64,000 nucleotides of DNA, taken from assembly GCA_976551045.1 (NCBI GenBank), contig CDPCPM010000049.1, positions 4,836,001 through 4,900,000 of the forward strand. The letters run 5' to 3'. Source of the DNA: Glaucostegus cemiculus. Its lineage: Eukaryota. The position numbers and the translations under genes were made by a program. The notes below the pieces were generated by a model. That model had not been told where the DNA came from, did not search any database, and worked only from the letters and a program-made list of their open reading frames with translations. Shown here one piece after another: positions 13,385 through 26,620 of this stretch (positions within the stretch are counted from its first letter, which is position 1; each line of letters begins with the position of its first letter).

Positions 13385-13590
13385 TACAGCGTGGTAACAG
13401 GCCCTTTCGGCCCTCCGAGTCCACACCACCCATTTTAACCCCCCCCCAAATTAACCTACCCGTACGTCTTTCAGAATGTGGGAGGAAACCGGAGCACCCG
13501 GTGGAAACCCACGCTGACGGGAGAAAGTACAAACTCCTTATAGTCAGCGGCGGGACTCGAACCCCGATCTGCTATTGTGCCGCCCACATT
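13385..13590 (-). mobile_element. V-domain tRNA-derived SINE (HE1-like) with CR1-type tail
   Basis: gtgggaggaaaccggagcacccggtggaaacccac (V-domain); B-box ggttcgagtccc on minus strand; tail aacaggccctttcggccc. Confidence 0.8.
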
Positions 13591-13899
13591 ATTTTTATCA
13601 TCTTTCTTCATCTGTGTTTAACTGCCTTTCACTTTGAATTTTAAACTACATTTCCTTCCCTCCCACCCAGAATATGTCATCTGATCAGTATTAAATCACC
13701 TCTGCTACTTTTTTGTCCAGCCTATTAACCCTTCTACAATTCTTCGTGACATTTTTAGCCATCTTTACAATTTTTTAAATCCTATACATAAATGTTTCTT
13801 TAAACAGTTTCACCCCGGTTTTCATGTAGCACTCATAATGTAGTGCACCATCCTATGGAGTTCCTAGAAAGACTAACTTTTGTTTCTGAGCCCCAAGAG

Positions 13900-14285
13900 G
13901 TATTGGGATGGGTGACCAGAAACTTAATTGGAGTTTGTTTTTAGTCATTATGTTAAGAGTGGCAAAATGATAGAACAGTAAAAACAGTTGACAATGGTGG
14001 AATGATTAACTTTGGATGCACAAGAGAGCAGAATTGGAAGAGCACAGAGTTACGTGGCTGGAGGAGTAGCAGCAAATGGCAAGGCAAGCCCATGAAAGGA
14101 TTTGAAGACCAGAATGAGAATTTCTAGAAATAAGATGTTGCCTTGCTGTGAACCAGACCTGACGAGTGAGCGCATGGACCTTAGTTGAAGGGAACTGGCA
14201 TAAATTAAGTTTTGAAGTTCAAGGTAACAAGCTGTCCTCAGGTGTTGGAGGTCCAGATAGTTGGATGCCAAACTGGAGCCATTGT
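13900..14285 (-). mobile_element. L2-like LINE relic
   Basis: Minus-strand translation ILILVFKSFHGLA resembles the L2 KILxLxFKSLHGLAP motif. Confidence 0.5.
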
Positions 14286-17200
14286 TGATTAATGAGGAAC
14301 ATAACCTCTAATCCTACAATCTATCCTACAAACCTCTGGTACGTTTTCCATGTCTTAGGAGGGTTGAAGTATTCATGCATTTCACTCTCATTGAGCTCTC
14401 AATTATGGATGTAATTGCTTTTCTGCACCAACTTTAATGTATCTGTATAGTTTTTCTCACATCTCTCCTTGAAATGCAAAATAATTTATCTTGCCATGTT
14501 TTTATTCTCGGCAAATAGATCTTCACCTTCATCTGCAAGTAATCCTTAATTATTTATGCTTACAAAAGCTACCCTGTTTCTTTGATATTTGCTAATTACA
14601 TTTTTAATCTTTTATCCATTGCACTTTATATTATTTATCTTTAGTGGTAGTTGCCCATGACACTGCACATGATGGGTCAGGACCAGGTGTAGTGTGAGAA
14701 TAATTGAACAGGTAAATGTAGGTAATTCGCATTAGAAGTAGAAAGTTGCAATAGAAAAAAAAATGAGCATATGCTGACATTACATTTTTAAAATAGATTA
14801 TTATTCATCCTTTTATCACATAGCTTGTGTTTCTGCTTAGTTTTAAGCTTCACTAATCTGCAATTATTCATTTTGCACCTTTTTGCGTTGTCATTTATAC
14901 CCTAGTTCAGCTCAGATTTCCAAGTTTTCCCTGGTTCTGTTCACTAACTTTACCACCCAGGTAGTTTGAGCCAAATTCCTAATTGCCTTAGTGGATTATG
15001 CCTTTTTGCATTCTAGCGCCTTGCCTTTATTCTTAAGCTTTTATACTGCCTGAGTTTAGTTATGCTGTGATTTATATTTCTCAATTGTTTTCCAATGCCA
15101 ACATTAGTTATTTGCCTCCTTCATTTTCTCTTTGTCAGAGCACAACCATACCAATGTAGGAAACTGTATTGAATGCATTCTAAAATATACTCCTGAACAT
15201 GCTGCTTTTAATCCCAATCAATAGGAACCCCATTGCAAATTCAAAATGTTACATTAAAAACAGAACAATTGTCCCTTTATCTGCATCATTGTTTTTCTCC
15301 AAATGGAAAGCCTAATTTAATCTGCTTTCCTGTTTGTTCCTTGCTTTTTAATGTACCTTCCTTTAAGCTGCTATCTGAATCAATGGTGGTTTATAACAAA
15401 ATATTCCACTCTTTTTTTTCTCCATGGGATATTTTTAATTTTCTCTCTATATAAGGAAATGAATTGCTGTAACATCTACCTTTGCTCTTTAGAACCAAGT
15501 TTATACATCCGATTACTGGTTACTGATTAGCTATCCAATAAGAGTATACTTTTAACAATTCTGAATGACACATCATCTGTTCTAATGAAAAGGCCAGCTC
15601 TTCTCATACCTTTCTTCACATTAATGAATATTTGTTGAAACATGCACAAAATGCTGGAAGAATGCAGCAAGTCAGGCAGCATCTATTGGAGGGAAATGGA
15701 CATTTGTTGTAGCTTTACGATAGATGTAATATTCTTTTAACAGTGTCCAAATTGTATGCAGGTGTTTTATATCCTTCAAGTGATGAGCATCCTGCATAGA
15801 TTAGAGAATTGAAGTTATAATATTCTGTCTTTGACCCACCGTCTCTTCGAGGGTTTTTCTATTTGGAGCAATGTGCCATATAAAAATGCAATAAGCTTTA
15901 AAGTTAGAGCACTTTTTATAAATCTCAATATTTCAGTATTTGTCTCCACGTACACCTTCCATGTTAAGGGTCCGGGTATGTGCATGCCTGGAGTTTTTAC
16001 CGCATCCTTTGTTGAAGTATGCTTCATTTCATTTTGTAAGGGTGTCACATGCCACACTCTAGTCTATAGTTCTAGCTTCAGAAAAATGCAATGAAGAATG
16101 ATGCTATAATTTCCTTCTCTATTCTGGATACATCTTTAGTCCTACCAGCTCTTTGACATTCCCTTGAGTACCTACCTCTAGTTACTCTTAGCACAATATA
16201 AGTTGTACCTTTTCCCTTTAATTTTATAGGTTCACCACAGTGGTATGGTAGGTAATTGACCAAAGTATGTATTCGCATGCAGTTTCCATTCAGAAACATT
16301 GCATAGATCAAAGCATAATACTGTGTGAATGGAATGCACTAACAATTAAAGTTAATTTTGAAGATTCCTGCTCTCCATACTTATTACACTTAAATGCTAA
16401 ATCTTGTAATTTTGCCAGAAGACCACATTCTTCCTCCTCCCCCCACCCTCCCCATAATGTAGTAATTATCTTGAACTTATGACTTATCAATGCCCTGTTT
16501 ATTGAGAGTTAGCCTTTTGTGTGCACCTTTTAGAAATTGTTTTTTGTTGTTTATATATGTTGTCTTGATATACTGATAAAAATATAGTAAAACTTTTGGC
16601 TATCAGCCTCAAAATAATAGCCTGTGATTTGTACACCAGTTCAAAATTGATGTGTATTTTGCAATTTTCATAATTTTCTGTGGAATTCTTGTTTGGTTTT
16701 TATTCTTCCAATTCCCAAGAATTTCAAGTGCTACCTGCTTACCTAACTTAAATAGGTATTGGACCACCATTCAAGAAACCAAATCATCTTTGCGGCGATC
16801 CTTCTGGGAATTCTGTATTAAAATGCTTTAGGGACATGTACACAACTGAAACTGAATGAATTCTGCCCTTTAGTTAATTTTGCTAACATAGCTGAATTTA
16901 TTGCAACTACATCTCCATAGGAACAACTTGCTCCAATGCAAAGATAAAGATTACAGAAATAGTCCTGGGTGTAGAATGACTTTTACTTCTGGTTGGCAGT
17001 GGATTGGGTACATTTCCTTCTGGAATAAAGTCCTGTTTCAAAATACTGCAGTAAGCAGAATGTGATGATACTGCACAACTCGGGATTAAGCCCTTCAGTT
17101 GTCCTTCTGTCCTGTCAACTTCAGGTGAATTAAAGCATAATTTGTAAATGAAACAAGATTTATTTGATTGCATTCCCTTGCTTCCTTTCCTCCATTGCCT

Positions 17201-18889
17201 CATAAATACTAGGAGCAAAGACAATATTTGGTACTATGTATAGGATCCACAGGGATCAAATTCTGAATTAAGACTTACAATTTGATAGTTTCTAGCTTTT
17301 CTTTTGGTTGTTTGAGACTCTATTTAAGGAAGACTTCCATTGTGCAGATTATTATCTTTGATATTGGTTTTCAAATTGTTACCTGACTAGGCCTGTTCTC
17401 TGTGCAAAGTTCATTATATTTTGAGTTTTGTTGAATGCTTAGTTTCGTTCTAGTGCATGTAATCAGCAGTTTGGCCAAAATCTTTGGTTTAGGAGGCTTG
17501 TGCATCTTTTTCATTTATTTTCCACGACTTGCATGGATGTTATATCCAAATTGCCATACCTCTTTAGATGTCTAGTTTGTTGGTTCCTACTTGAACATGG
17601 CCTTATTAATGCCTTTTAATTTCAACCTGCATGGCCACAAGATTGCTGACTTTAATTGTGAGAACAGAATAATAAGTGGACTCCTAGTGGATTACTTCAT
17701 CTGAGTCAGGAGATATAGCACCCTCTGCTACAGTTTCTATGTTGTTGTACATTTCACTCTGTAAATATGTACAGTGTTTTTATTAGTTTGACAATCTTGA
17801 TAATACAGAACATAGCAAGGCAAATGAATTATTTTCTCTATTGTATCATTTAGTAAATAAACAAGGTCCAGTTAAAGGTAAAATTTTCATGTTTCACTGC
17901 TTTTCCTGTGCTCCTTTTGTCAGGTTTCCTCCATTAAAAATGTCTGTTCTGGAGTGTTTATTGCTAATAGTCAACAGTGTCTACATTCTATCAACACTTA
18001 AAACTGTATACAGATTTGTTTTAACAGTAGGAATGGAATATCCCAGGTAGGATTTCTTTCCCACCCAGAGGATACTGTTGAGGATGATTTGCATAAATTT
18101 AACAGATTTTTTTTAAAAAGTAATGCAATTGAAATTGGATTAAATCCATTATATACACTCGCATTCCTTCATAAGTTTCTTTGAAAAAAAATACATGTGA
18201 TAAAGAGAAGTAGGCTGTTGTGCAGATCCTGAGCCCTTGCACAGCAGAAACTGGAGGACGACAAGAAACATTTTAGTCATCAGAAAACAAGATTAAATTC
18301 TTTTGATGCATAAGATTTGCTAAACTTTCAAATTGTATCATATCTGATTTGATAAGTATGTTCTTTAATGCAAATTGCCTGAGGGTTTGATTTGCGTAAT
18401 TGGATGGCACAAAGGCTCTTTATATTTTAATCAATCAATAAGCTTGTTATTAGGCATCATCACATTTAAATGATTTTAATGCATTTCAGTAAAAAAGTTA
18501 TTCATGTGCCAAGTGTGTACATTCTCTCTCTGATCCATATCCATTAACAGATTTCTAACTGATGTAGTCTGCCAGGCACTGAACATTGTTTTGTGCCATA
18601 ACTTAAAATTAAGCATCCTGTGATTAAACAATATGAAAATTTGTCAATATGGTTTAGTAGAACTATCTCAAATTAGGGTTTTATGCTTTGTGGAGTTAAC
18701 AAGCAGGGCTGTGAATTGACTTTGCATGGTGTGCTATGTGCTCACTAAATCTCACTTTGCTACGAAGTTGGTAGTAACTTTAGGAAATCCCATAGCATGT
18801 TGTCCTTTGCAAATGGTGTTTTCTGGGGACAAGATCTCCTTTATTACTTCAGTAGATACACATTAATTTTAAAAATAATCCTGGTATCC

Positions 18890-19090
18890 AAGCAAAATGC
18901 TGCAAATAAAAACGAAGTGCTGGGAAATCTCAGCAGATCAGGCACCAAAATATTAACCATGTTTCAATTCAGTGACCTCATTGGAATTTGAAAAGCTGTG
19001 GTAAATCAAGTTTTAAGATGCGGAGAAAGAAGGAACGCAAGAACAAAAAGCAGGAAGGCCTGTGACAGGGTGAAAGGCTGGAGAAATTGG
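18890..19090 (-). mobile_element. Decayed Penelope-like terminal fragment
   Basis: gtgctgggaaatctcagcagatcaggca resembles 41358-41390. Confidence 0.45.
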
Positions 19091-19189
19091 TACTAGGTGT
19101 TTATAAATGTGAAAGCCCATCAAATTCAAGGGAGAGCAGCAAGTTTTATCCAGAACCAGCACAGTGGCAGGAAGCAGAAGTTAATGAGC

Positions 19190-20010
19190 AGTGGGTACCT
19201 GTAAGGCCTTCTGCAGTGCTTAGTGGTGGTTTCTTTTTCGAGGTTTATATCAGTGACTAAGAAGTTTACAGATAATACAAAAAGAGAATCTGGTTGCTTG
19301 GGGAGACATCAAAGTAATTGGTAAATAGCAAATGTAATGTGGAATAGCAAACAAGGCAAGAGAAAACATGGTAGAACACAGGTGTTTAAAGAAACGGAGA
19401 GACTGGAAAATAAATGTCTGGAGCTGCCTGAAGGTAGCAAAATAGTTATAAGGTGGTTAAGGCTGCCTTGGCTAAAGCATTAGAGAATAGGCATGCAAAG
19501 CTTGTATGAAACATCAGTTATACCAAGCCTAGAATGCAGCTGTGCTCACCATTGTACAAGAAGGATGCTATAGTACTAGAGTGCCTGGAGTGTATTTACA
19601 AGAATGTTGCCAGGGCGGGAGAAGTTTAGTTAGGAGGCTCAATTAGCTAGGTTGTCTTCTTTAGGACAAAGGAGGCTGAAAGTAGATTGAATGGACTTAC
19701 ATAAAAATATCATAAGCCTTGATAGTAAATAAGAGCAACTTATTTGTATTAATACTCATGAAATAAGATGCATAGATTTAAGGTTGTGAAGAGGATTGGA
19801 GGAGTTGTGGAGAAACTTTCACATGACATCCTGAAAGAGAAGTGGAAGCAGAAACCCTCAGTATATTTGAAGTATCTGGAGAGTACTTGATATATATTAA
19901 CCCAGGATATGGGCTGAGAGCAGAGAAGTGGTCTCAGTCTGAAAGGTTCCTGCTTTTAGCCAGCTTGAACCTGTTGGGATGTACAACCTTTTTGTACTGT
20001 TAAGTTTCTA
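19190..20010 (+). mobile_element. Old CR1-type LINE 3' portion
   Basis: Colinear by eye with 6830-7790 (tacaagaaggatg...tttacaagaatgttgccagg...ggaggctga). Confidence 0.6.
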
Positions 20011-20328
20011 TTAAGAGTGTTGGTGATTGATTGAGAGTAAACCAGGGTACCACAAGTGCTTCCTACACGCCCTGAGAAGAAAAGTGAGATGATGTTTCTG
20101 ATAGAGGTTTTGGGAACTAAAGGGAATAGTCTATTGACTTTGAAGCATGGAGTGGAAGATGAGGATACTTTTACACTCAAAATGTATATTTTTAAAAAAT
20201 TCCAGACGTAATTAAATTAGTTTTAAATATTGTTAACAATGAGGTGTCCACAGTGTTCTTTGTTTCCTTGCTAGTAACTGCTCCTGTGTGATTCAAGGAA
20301 TACTTACAATTTTCTTGGTTTGTTTCAG

Positions 20329-20861
20329 CTCCACCACCACCTCCACCTTCCAGAGGGGGGCCACCACCACCCCCTCCTCCACATAGTTCAGGACCCCCTC
20401 CTCCACCACCAGTTCGTGGCAGAGGTGCACCACCTCCTCCACCCCCTTCAAGAGCCCCATCGGTTGCTCCATCTGCAGCTCCCCCACCTCCTCCACCTTC
20501 AAGGCCAGGGGTAGGAGCACCGCCACCACCACCTCCCAGTAGATTGTATCCACCTCCTCCACCAGTACCATCAGGTCCCCCACCACCACCACCTCCACCG
20601 CATCCTGCACCTGGAGGTCCAGGAGCTTCTGGTCCACCCCCACCACCACCACCTCCACCTCCACCACCTGGCCCCCCTCCACTCCCTGCAATGCTCGAGA
20701 GTGATGCCATTCCTTCATCTACTGGAAGCAAATCTGCTCTTCTGGATCAAATCAGAGAAGGCACTCAGTTAAAGAAAGTTGAGCAAAGCAATCGACCAGT
20801 GTCTTGCTCGGGCAGAGATGCACTGTTAGACCAAATACGACAGGGTATACAACTCAAGACT
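20329..20861 (+). CDS. WASL: N-WASP exon: proline-rich region and two WH2 (V) domains
   Basis: tttgtttcag|CTCCA...AAGACT|gtaagt; APPPPPPSRGG...ALLDQIREGTQLKKVEQSNRPVSCSGRDALLDQIRQGIQLKT; tandem WH2 distinguishes WASL from WAS. Confidence 0.97.
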
Positions 20862-21365
20862 GTAAGTAAACATTCTGTGTGATCAATCAAAATTGTGACT
20901 ACATTATTATTTGAGAAGTACATGTATAAAACAAATCTTTATAAGGCATTGTTAATAGAACTTAAAAACAACTGAAATGTTTTGTAGCGGTGTTTATTTT
21001 AAATGGCTGAATCAGGCTTGAGGGAAAGCCTGCATTTTTGACAAGCCCTTGTGTTCATTTGAATCTTAAAGCCTAACATTTTTCTGTTTCAGGGTAACTT
21101 TGGGTGTGGTTTGATAATGCTGTAAAATTAATGATGGTGAGCTTGCTCAATTGAGACTGATTAAAAATTGGAACTTGTGAAAATGTGCTATTTTTTTGCT
21201 ACTAATTGCGAACATAGTATTGAGGTCAAAGATTCGCACAATTCACAAAAAGTGCTGTTGGGACTTCAATTGCAGGTCATCCCAGTTTGCAAGTAACTGT
21301 TTAAATAAGTGCGAAATATTTCATATTTTAGACTTAAGCAAATGTTGCATCCTTTCCTCTTGTAG

Positions 21366-21468
21366 GTAAATGACCAGGATTCTTCTTCTCCTTCAACGCC
21401 TACAGCAGGGATTGTAGGAGCATTGATGGAGGTGATGCAGAAAAGGAGTAAAGCCATTCACTCTTCAG
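21366..21468 (+). CDS. WASL: N-WASP exon: C (central) region of VCA
   Basis: tcttgtag|GTAAAT...TCAG|gtggga; VNDQDSSSPSTPTAGIVGALMEVMQKRSKAIHSS. Confidence 0.96.
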
Positions 21469-22399
21469 GTGGGATTTTTAAATAGGATTATCATCTCCAG
21501 TGAAGACTGACTTTTAAACACTAATTTTAAAACTAAACATCCATTGCATAATAGCTAAGGTAGTGATTGCTGTTACTATAAAAAGTGATGCTTTGTTAAT
21601 GCAGACAAATAACAAAAAATCTTTTAGATTAACAAAGTTTCACAATTGTCTGGTTAATATTTCATTAATCATCGAGCAATATTTTACAGTAGCAGTCTGA
21701 GCTGCAAAGCACGGCCTGTAAACTAGCAAAGAATTCTGCTACTGCAGAGAGGTGGAGGGATGAATAGGCCTTAAAGGATATACCTGATAGGATAAGGTCA
21801 AGATTTGCCCAAATGGTGCCAATGTTTACACAGTCATCTGGGTAATAGAGCATGGAGTTCAATAGGTGACCTGGCTTTGCCTGAAACTTGATTCTTGGGT
21901 GGCGATACCTTGTTCTTTACTGAAGTCTTTCCAGCTAAGTGTATCACCAAGTTCCACATCCAAAATACTCAGATGCAGAATGGCCTTAATCACTAAATCA
22001 TGCCTTTTACTTTGCCTTGCTTTGATACTTTCTCTTTTAAACAATGAACACTTTTATTGTTAACTTCCATTTAAAATCATGTTGTCCACAGCCCCATCCT
22101 AACACGTTTTTCTTTGGGACCTGTGGGCTCTGCCCAAAGACATTCCATTGTCCATCCAAGTTGTCAATCTCAATTTGAATTCTTCTTGCCCTCACCATTG
22201 AATTAATTCAGTGTCCCAAAACATAAAAATTGGTCAGGACATTTTTAATGATCATTCTGTCCACTATGCAATTCCTCATGTTCTACCTCAGTAGTGTGAA
22301 ATATTTACCATTTTTATGCTTTTCTTTTGGGTCTAGCATCTCTGCTGTCTTTGGCAATCAACCTGAGGAGAACAAAACAATTCTTTCTATTTTTCATAA

Positions 22400-23030
22400 A
22401 CTTTTCCAGAAATCACCTAATCCTGCCTTAGAGTTCAGCCAGGGCATTAGTCTTGCTCAAACATCTAGTGTCAGTCTTTTTCTGATTCCCATATTCTCTG
22501 CAGCAGAAATCACTTCAACTGAAGTAATGTCCACTTCAACCCTTCTGCCAATGCAACCTACATTTGCATCTTGTCAACTCTAATCCCAATTACATGATCA
22601 ATTCTTTTCTATCTCTACCCTTCATGGACTTGAGATCCTCTCTTAACTTTTATCATATACCACCATCATTCCTGTTCTTACAGAATCATTCTGGGAGACT
22701 GGGAACCAATATTTCACATTTTAATTTTTATCCCATTATTGAACCCTTTCATGGTTGCACCACACCCTTTCTTAAATTCCACCACCCTATCACTTTCTGG
22801 AGTCTTCATCTTTTTTACTCCTCCCCTCTTGCCATTGGCAGACATGCTTTCAGCATTTTGGGTCCATATTTTGGAAGGATAAAGCCTTCCCTGCTTTAAA
22901 TATCCTCTTCTTAGATCACCTTTGACTAGGCTTTTGGTCACAGCCCAATTACTCCACCTGTCTTAATGATTGTTCTTTCTTATTATTGATAGAAAGCACC
23001 CTGAGTTTTGCTTCCATTCAAGATGCTGCA
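22400..23030 (+). mobile_element. L2-like LINE 3' relic
   Basis: gccattggcagacatgctttcagc and downstream text typical of L2 3' ends; decayed. Confidence 0.4.
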
Positions 23031-23122
23031 TAAATGAAAGAAAGTTCTGCTCAAAAAGTCAAATGAAATATCTTGAAATATGTTATTCACTGTCTAAACT
23101 AATTGCAATAATATATTTTTAG

Positions 23123-23184
23123 ATGAAGATGAGGATGAAGATGAAGAGGAAGATTTTGATGATGATGATGAATGGGAAGATTAG
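23123..23184 (+). CDS. WASL: N-WASP last coding exon: acidic Arp2/3-binding tail
   Basis: atttttag|ATGAA...GATTAG; DEDEDEDEEEDFDDDDEWED-stop. Confidence 0.97.
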
Positions 23185-25020
23185 TTTTTCCTAGCAAGAC
23201 TATAATCCTTCCTGTCTTTCTGATTTCCTGTAAAATTGTCCTGTAAATGTTTTGCAGATTTTGCTGTATATTTTTGTTGCCTTTTGCTCTTTTTCATAAT
23301 CTGTGCAATACCTCATTTAATAATTCATTGGATAAAGTATTGTGGGTAAAGCTACACCCTATGCAAGATGGTGTTGGGACATGTAAGGACCTACATATAT
23401 ATGTGTTCATTCCAGCAACAAAAAAATTGGGTGATGGAATACAGTTGAATTGAACTTTAATTATGCTTGTTAAAAGCCAGAATAGTAACACTATTTTTTT
23501 CAAAACCCTGCATTTTCTGTACCTAAGAAGAAGCAACAACACTTATTAAAACTGCATAGCACTATCAACTTCTTAAATATGGCTGTTCTGTTTGGATTCT
23601 TCAATGCTTTGTTGTTGCTGAAGCTAGCAGAACTTTGCATCCTCCTGAAGTAATTCACTACAAGAATGCACAGCTTACGGGCAACTCATTTGTGTTTTGC
23701 TATTCAGTAATACGTTATCTTGAAGGATTCAATACAAAGATGTAACCAATGTATCTGTGATGAATGTCTTATACTATTTTCAGCAATACAGTTCTGCCAA
23801 CTATTTTTTCAGTTGAAATCCCCTTTTATCTCTATTACATTGGGTAAATGTTTATACTCCTGGCTGCTTCCATGTTTGGAAATTAGGTTATGTTTCAAAT
23901 AGGAATCTGAGCTCTCTTATGAAAACACTAAACACATTTGTGGGAAGAAAGTTTATCCCTTAAAATGCTAAGTAAAAGCATTTCTTCTAATTATTCACAG
24001 TGCATATATAGCAGCGTATGGGTGAATGGAAAATAGTCTAATGATCAGTTTTCTGAAGATGAAGGCTGTGATTAGGAATTTGTTTAATATTCATAAAGGG
24101 CTGTGCTTAATGCTTGTTAAACTGCAATTTTGGGAATATTTGGAATTGGACTCTTGTAATAACGAATGTTGACATCAATATCTTTACGTTATAGACCTTT
24201 TGATGACCTTGCATCAAAATCAAAGAGTAAACTCAATACAAATTACAATTATGGAATGAAACTTTTAACTAAAAGGTATACCTAAAATAAATATTTTAAA
24301 TTACCAAAATCTACATACGTCTTTTCAGATTTATTATAGTGGTGAGGGTATATTATTGATCACTGATACTGTGTTATTGTTGTCTTATCTAGCTGTTGAC
24401 TTTGAACTCATTTTCACTACCAATGGCTTTTCTCTTGTGATGCTTGCTGTGTTTCCTCCATTTGTTGGATAGTGCATGCAGTCGATTTATTTGCTGTCTT
24501 AATTTCTGGAACTGCTGGCAAGCATTCATTTACAATTCTCTTCAGTTCTGAAAACCAAAACAATTTCCACTGAGAAGCCTCTTCATTCTGTCAATGATGT
24601 TTTACTCTTCCATGAGCAGAACATTCAGAAACTAGAATCTTTGTTATTTTCCATTTTTTGTGTGTCTCACTTTCTTAAAAGTTAACTGTGATTGAAACGT
24701 TCATAAAGCCTTAAATAACATCCAGGTTTCTTAAGAGTTACAACATAATTATAAATGTTCTATATTAAAAAAACACATCTGATTATCCTACCGAAGAGAG
24801 AACTTATTGCTTGATGATTGCTCCCTTCTTTTCATGGTGCAGAGCATAGTACATCATCTTGTGACTGACTAAACTAAGCCACACAGAAGCTGTAACTGGA
24901 AGACATAGAAGTCTTCCTTTACACAGCAGATCTTTTGGAAAGAGAATCTCACTCTCCTGACACAATGTTTTCTACTGCTTAAACACAAAGTTAACAATAA
25001 ATGATTAACTACAGTTTCAA
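23185..25020 (+). other. WASL: Probable WASL 3' UTR (end uncertain; AATAAA at 24996-25001, ATTAAA near 24764)
   Basis: AU-rich stretch after the stop codon with no TE recognised; poly(A) hexamers present. Confidence 0.5.
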
Positions 25021-26114
25021 TGGTTATAATCACATACTTTAATATTTTGAATATAGGTAAATTTGCAGAATACATATTTATAATGGTAGCACATCCTGAG
25101 TAGCAGAACTCCTTTGAATATTCTGTTCCAAAAGCTACTGAGCACAAATTCCAGACACCCAAAATATATTTCCTTTGTTACAGTGAGGGATGGCTTCTTG
25201 AATATACAACTGGCCAGAATATTAAGTGACAAAACAGACCTATCCTAAACCGTGCATTAAGTGGCAGGGATAGGCCTCCAACAATATGTTAATACAGGAG
25301 ATGGCCATTTAATGCCTTCCCTGATCTCATTGAGGTTTTCAATGACCATCAGTTAACATGAATGTTCATCTATTGTTTTCCTCTGCGTAGTTTCAATGGG
25401 ACAGATTCAATGTCCCATTCTGGTTTCATTAGCCTTAAAGTATCAGTTGAAGTTAAATTGTGAATAGGTTTCATTTCCTGAAGACTGGTTCTCATTTTAA
25501 TTAATCCATAATTATGCTATCCATAACTTCATAACTCCAGAATAATCCCTAATACATATGCCGAAGCTATTGACAACTGCAATGATTATTTGCAGGTTAA
25601 CATAATTGTGGCCCGTGTTCAATCACATACTATCTGGCTGTAACCTGACTATTATACATTACTTAAAGCCGTTTAATGAAGATGGGATTTTTTTTCCACA
25701 TTTACATGTGCATTTTATGTAGGTGCTTCGGTCACTAGTATCCCCCTTATAAGCTTAAAATCCTTTGCTGCCTAAAAATGAGCAAATGTTTCATTTTCAG
25801 AATACATCATTGTCATCTCTGAGGCTGGGTTTAATATATTGATGTAGCGGATTGGTATTAGAGAGTAAATAAGAATAAATGGGTCATTTTCAGGTTGGAA
25901 AACTAACCAAAAGTGGGGATGTAAGTTAGAGAAGGAAGCAAAGGGACACAGTCAGGTTCTGAGTAGGTCAGAAGGTGAAAGATGTATTTGGTAGGAAGCA
26001 AAAACGTTTTTGAGAGATTTGAGCATTCTCCTTGCATCTCTATGTTAACTGGACTTAACAAGCCTTGGAAAGCATATTCCCTTAATGCAAGGAGGGGCGA
26101 ATAGAGCCACAGAG

Positions 26115-26620
26115 TGATTGAGTTATACAGCATGCAAACAGGCCCTTTGGCCCAACTTGTCCACGTTGACCAAGTCTACCTGAGCTAATCCCATTAGCCT
26201 GCATTTGCCCCATATCCTTCCAAACCTTTACTATCCATGCACCCGACTAAATATGGAACCAGCTTGTTCCATATACCCACCACCCCCTGCAGAAAAAGTT
26301 GCCCTCCCCCCACCTCCCCCGCAAGTCCCTTTTTAAATCTTTCCCCTCTCACCTTAAACCTTTGCCCACCAGTTTTAGACTCCCTTGCCCTGGGCAAAGG
26401 ATTGTGATCATTCACTTTATCCATGCCCCTCGTGATTTTACAAACCTCTCTGGAGTCACCTCTCAGCCTCCTGCGCTGGGGGGAAATAAGCCCCAGTCTA
26501 TCCAGCCTCTTTATAACTCGAACCCTCCAGTCCGGGTAACATCCTCGTGAATCTTCCCTGCACCCTTTACAGCTCAATGACATCCTTATTATAGCTGGGC
26601 GACCAAAACTGTACACACGA
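26115..26620 (-). mobile_element. CR1 LINE 3' fragment
   Basis: RLDRLGLISPQRRRLRGD...FKVRGERFK; tail acaggccctttggccc. Confidence 0.85.

Noticed and set aside
20192-20731. 179-aa Gly-rich minus-strand ORF and overlapping Val-rich and His-rich ORFs
   Set aside because: Antisense and alternate-frame shadows of the WASL polyproline exon.
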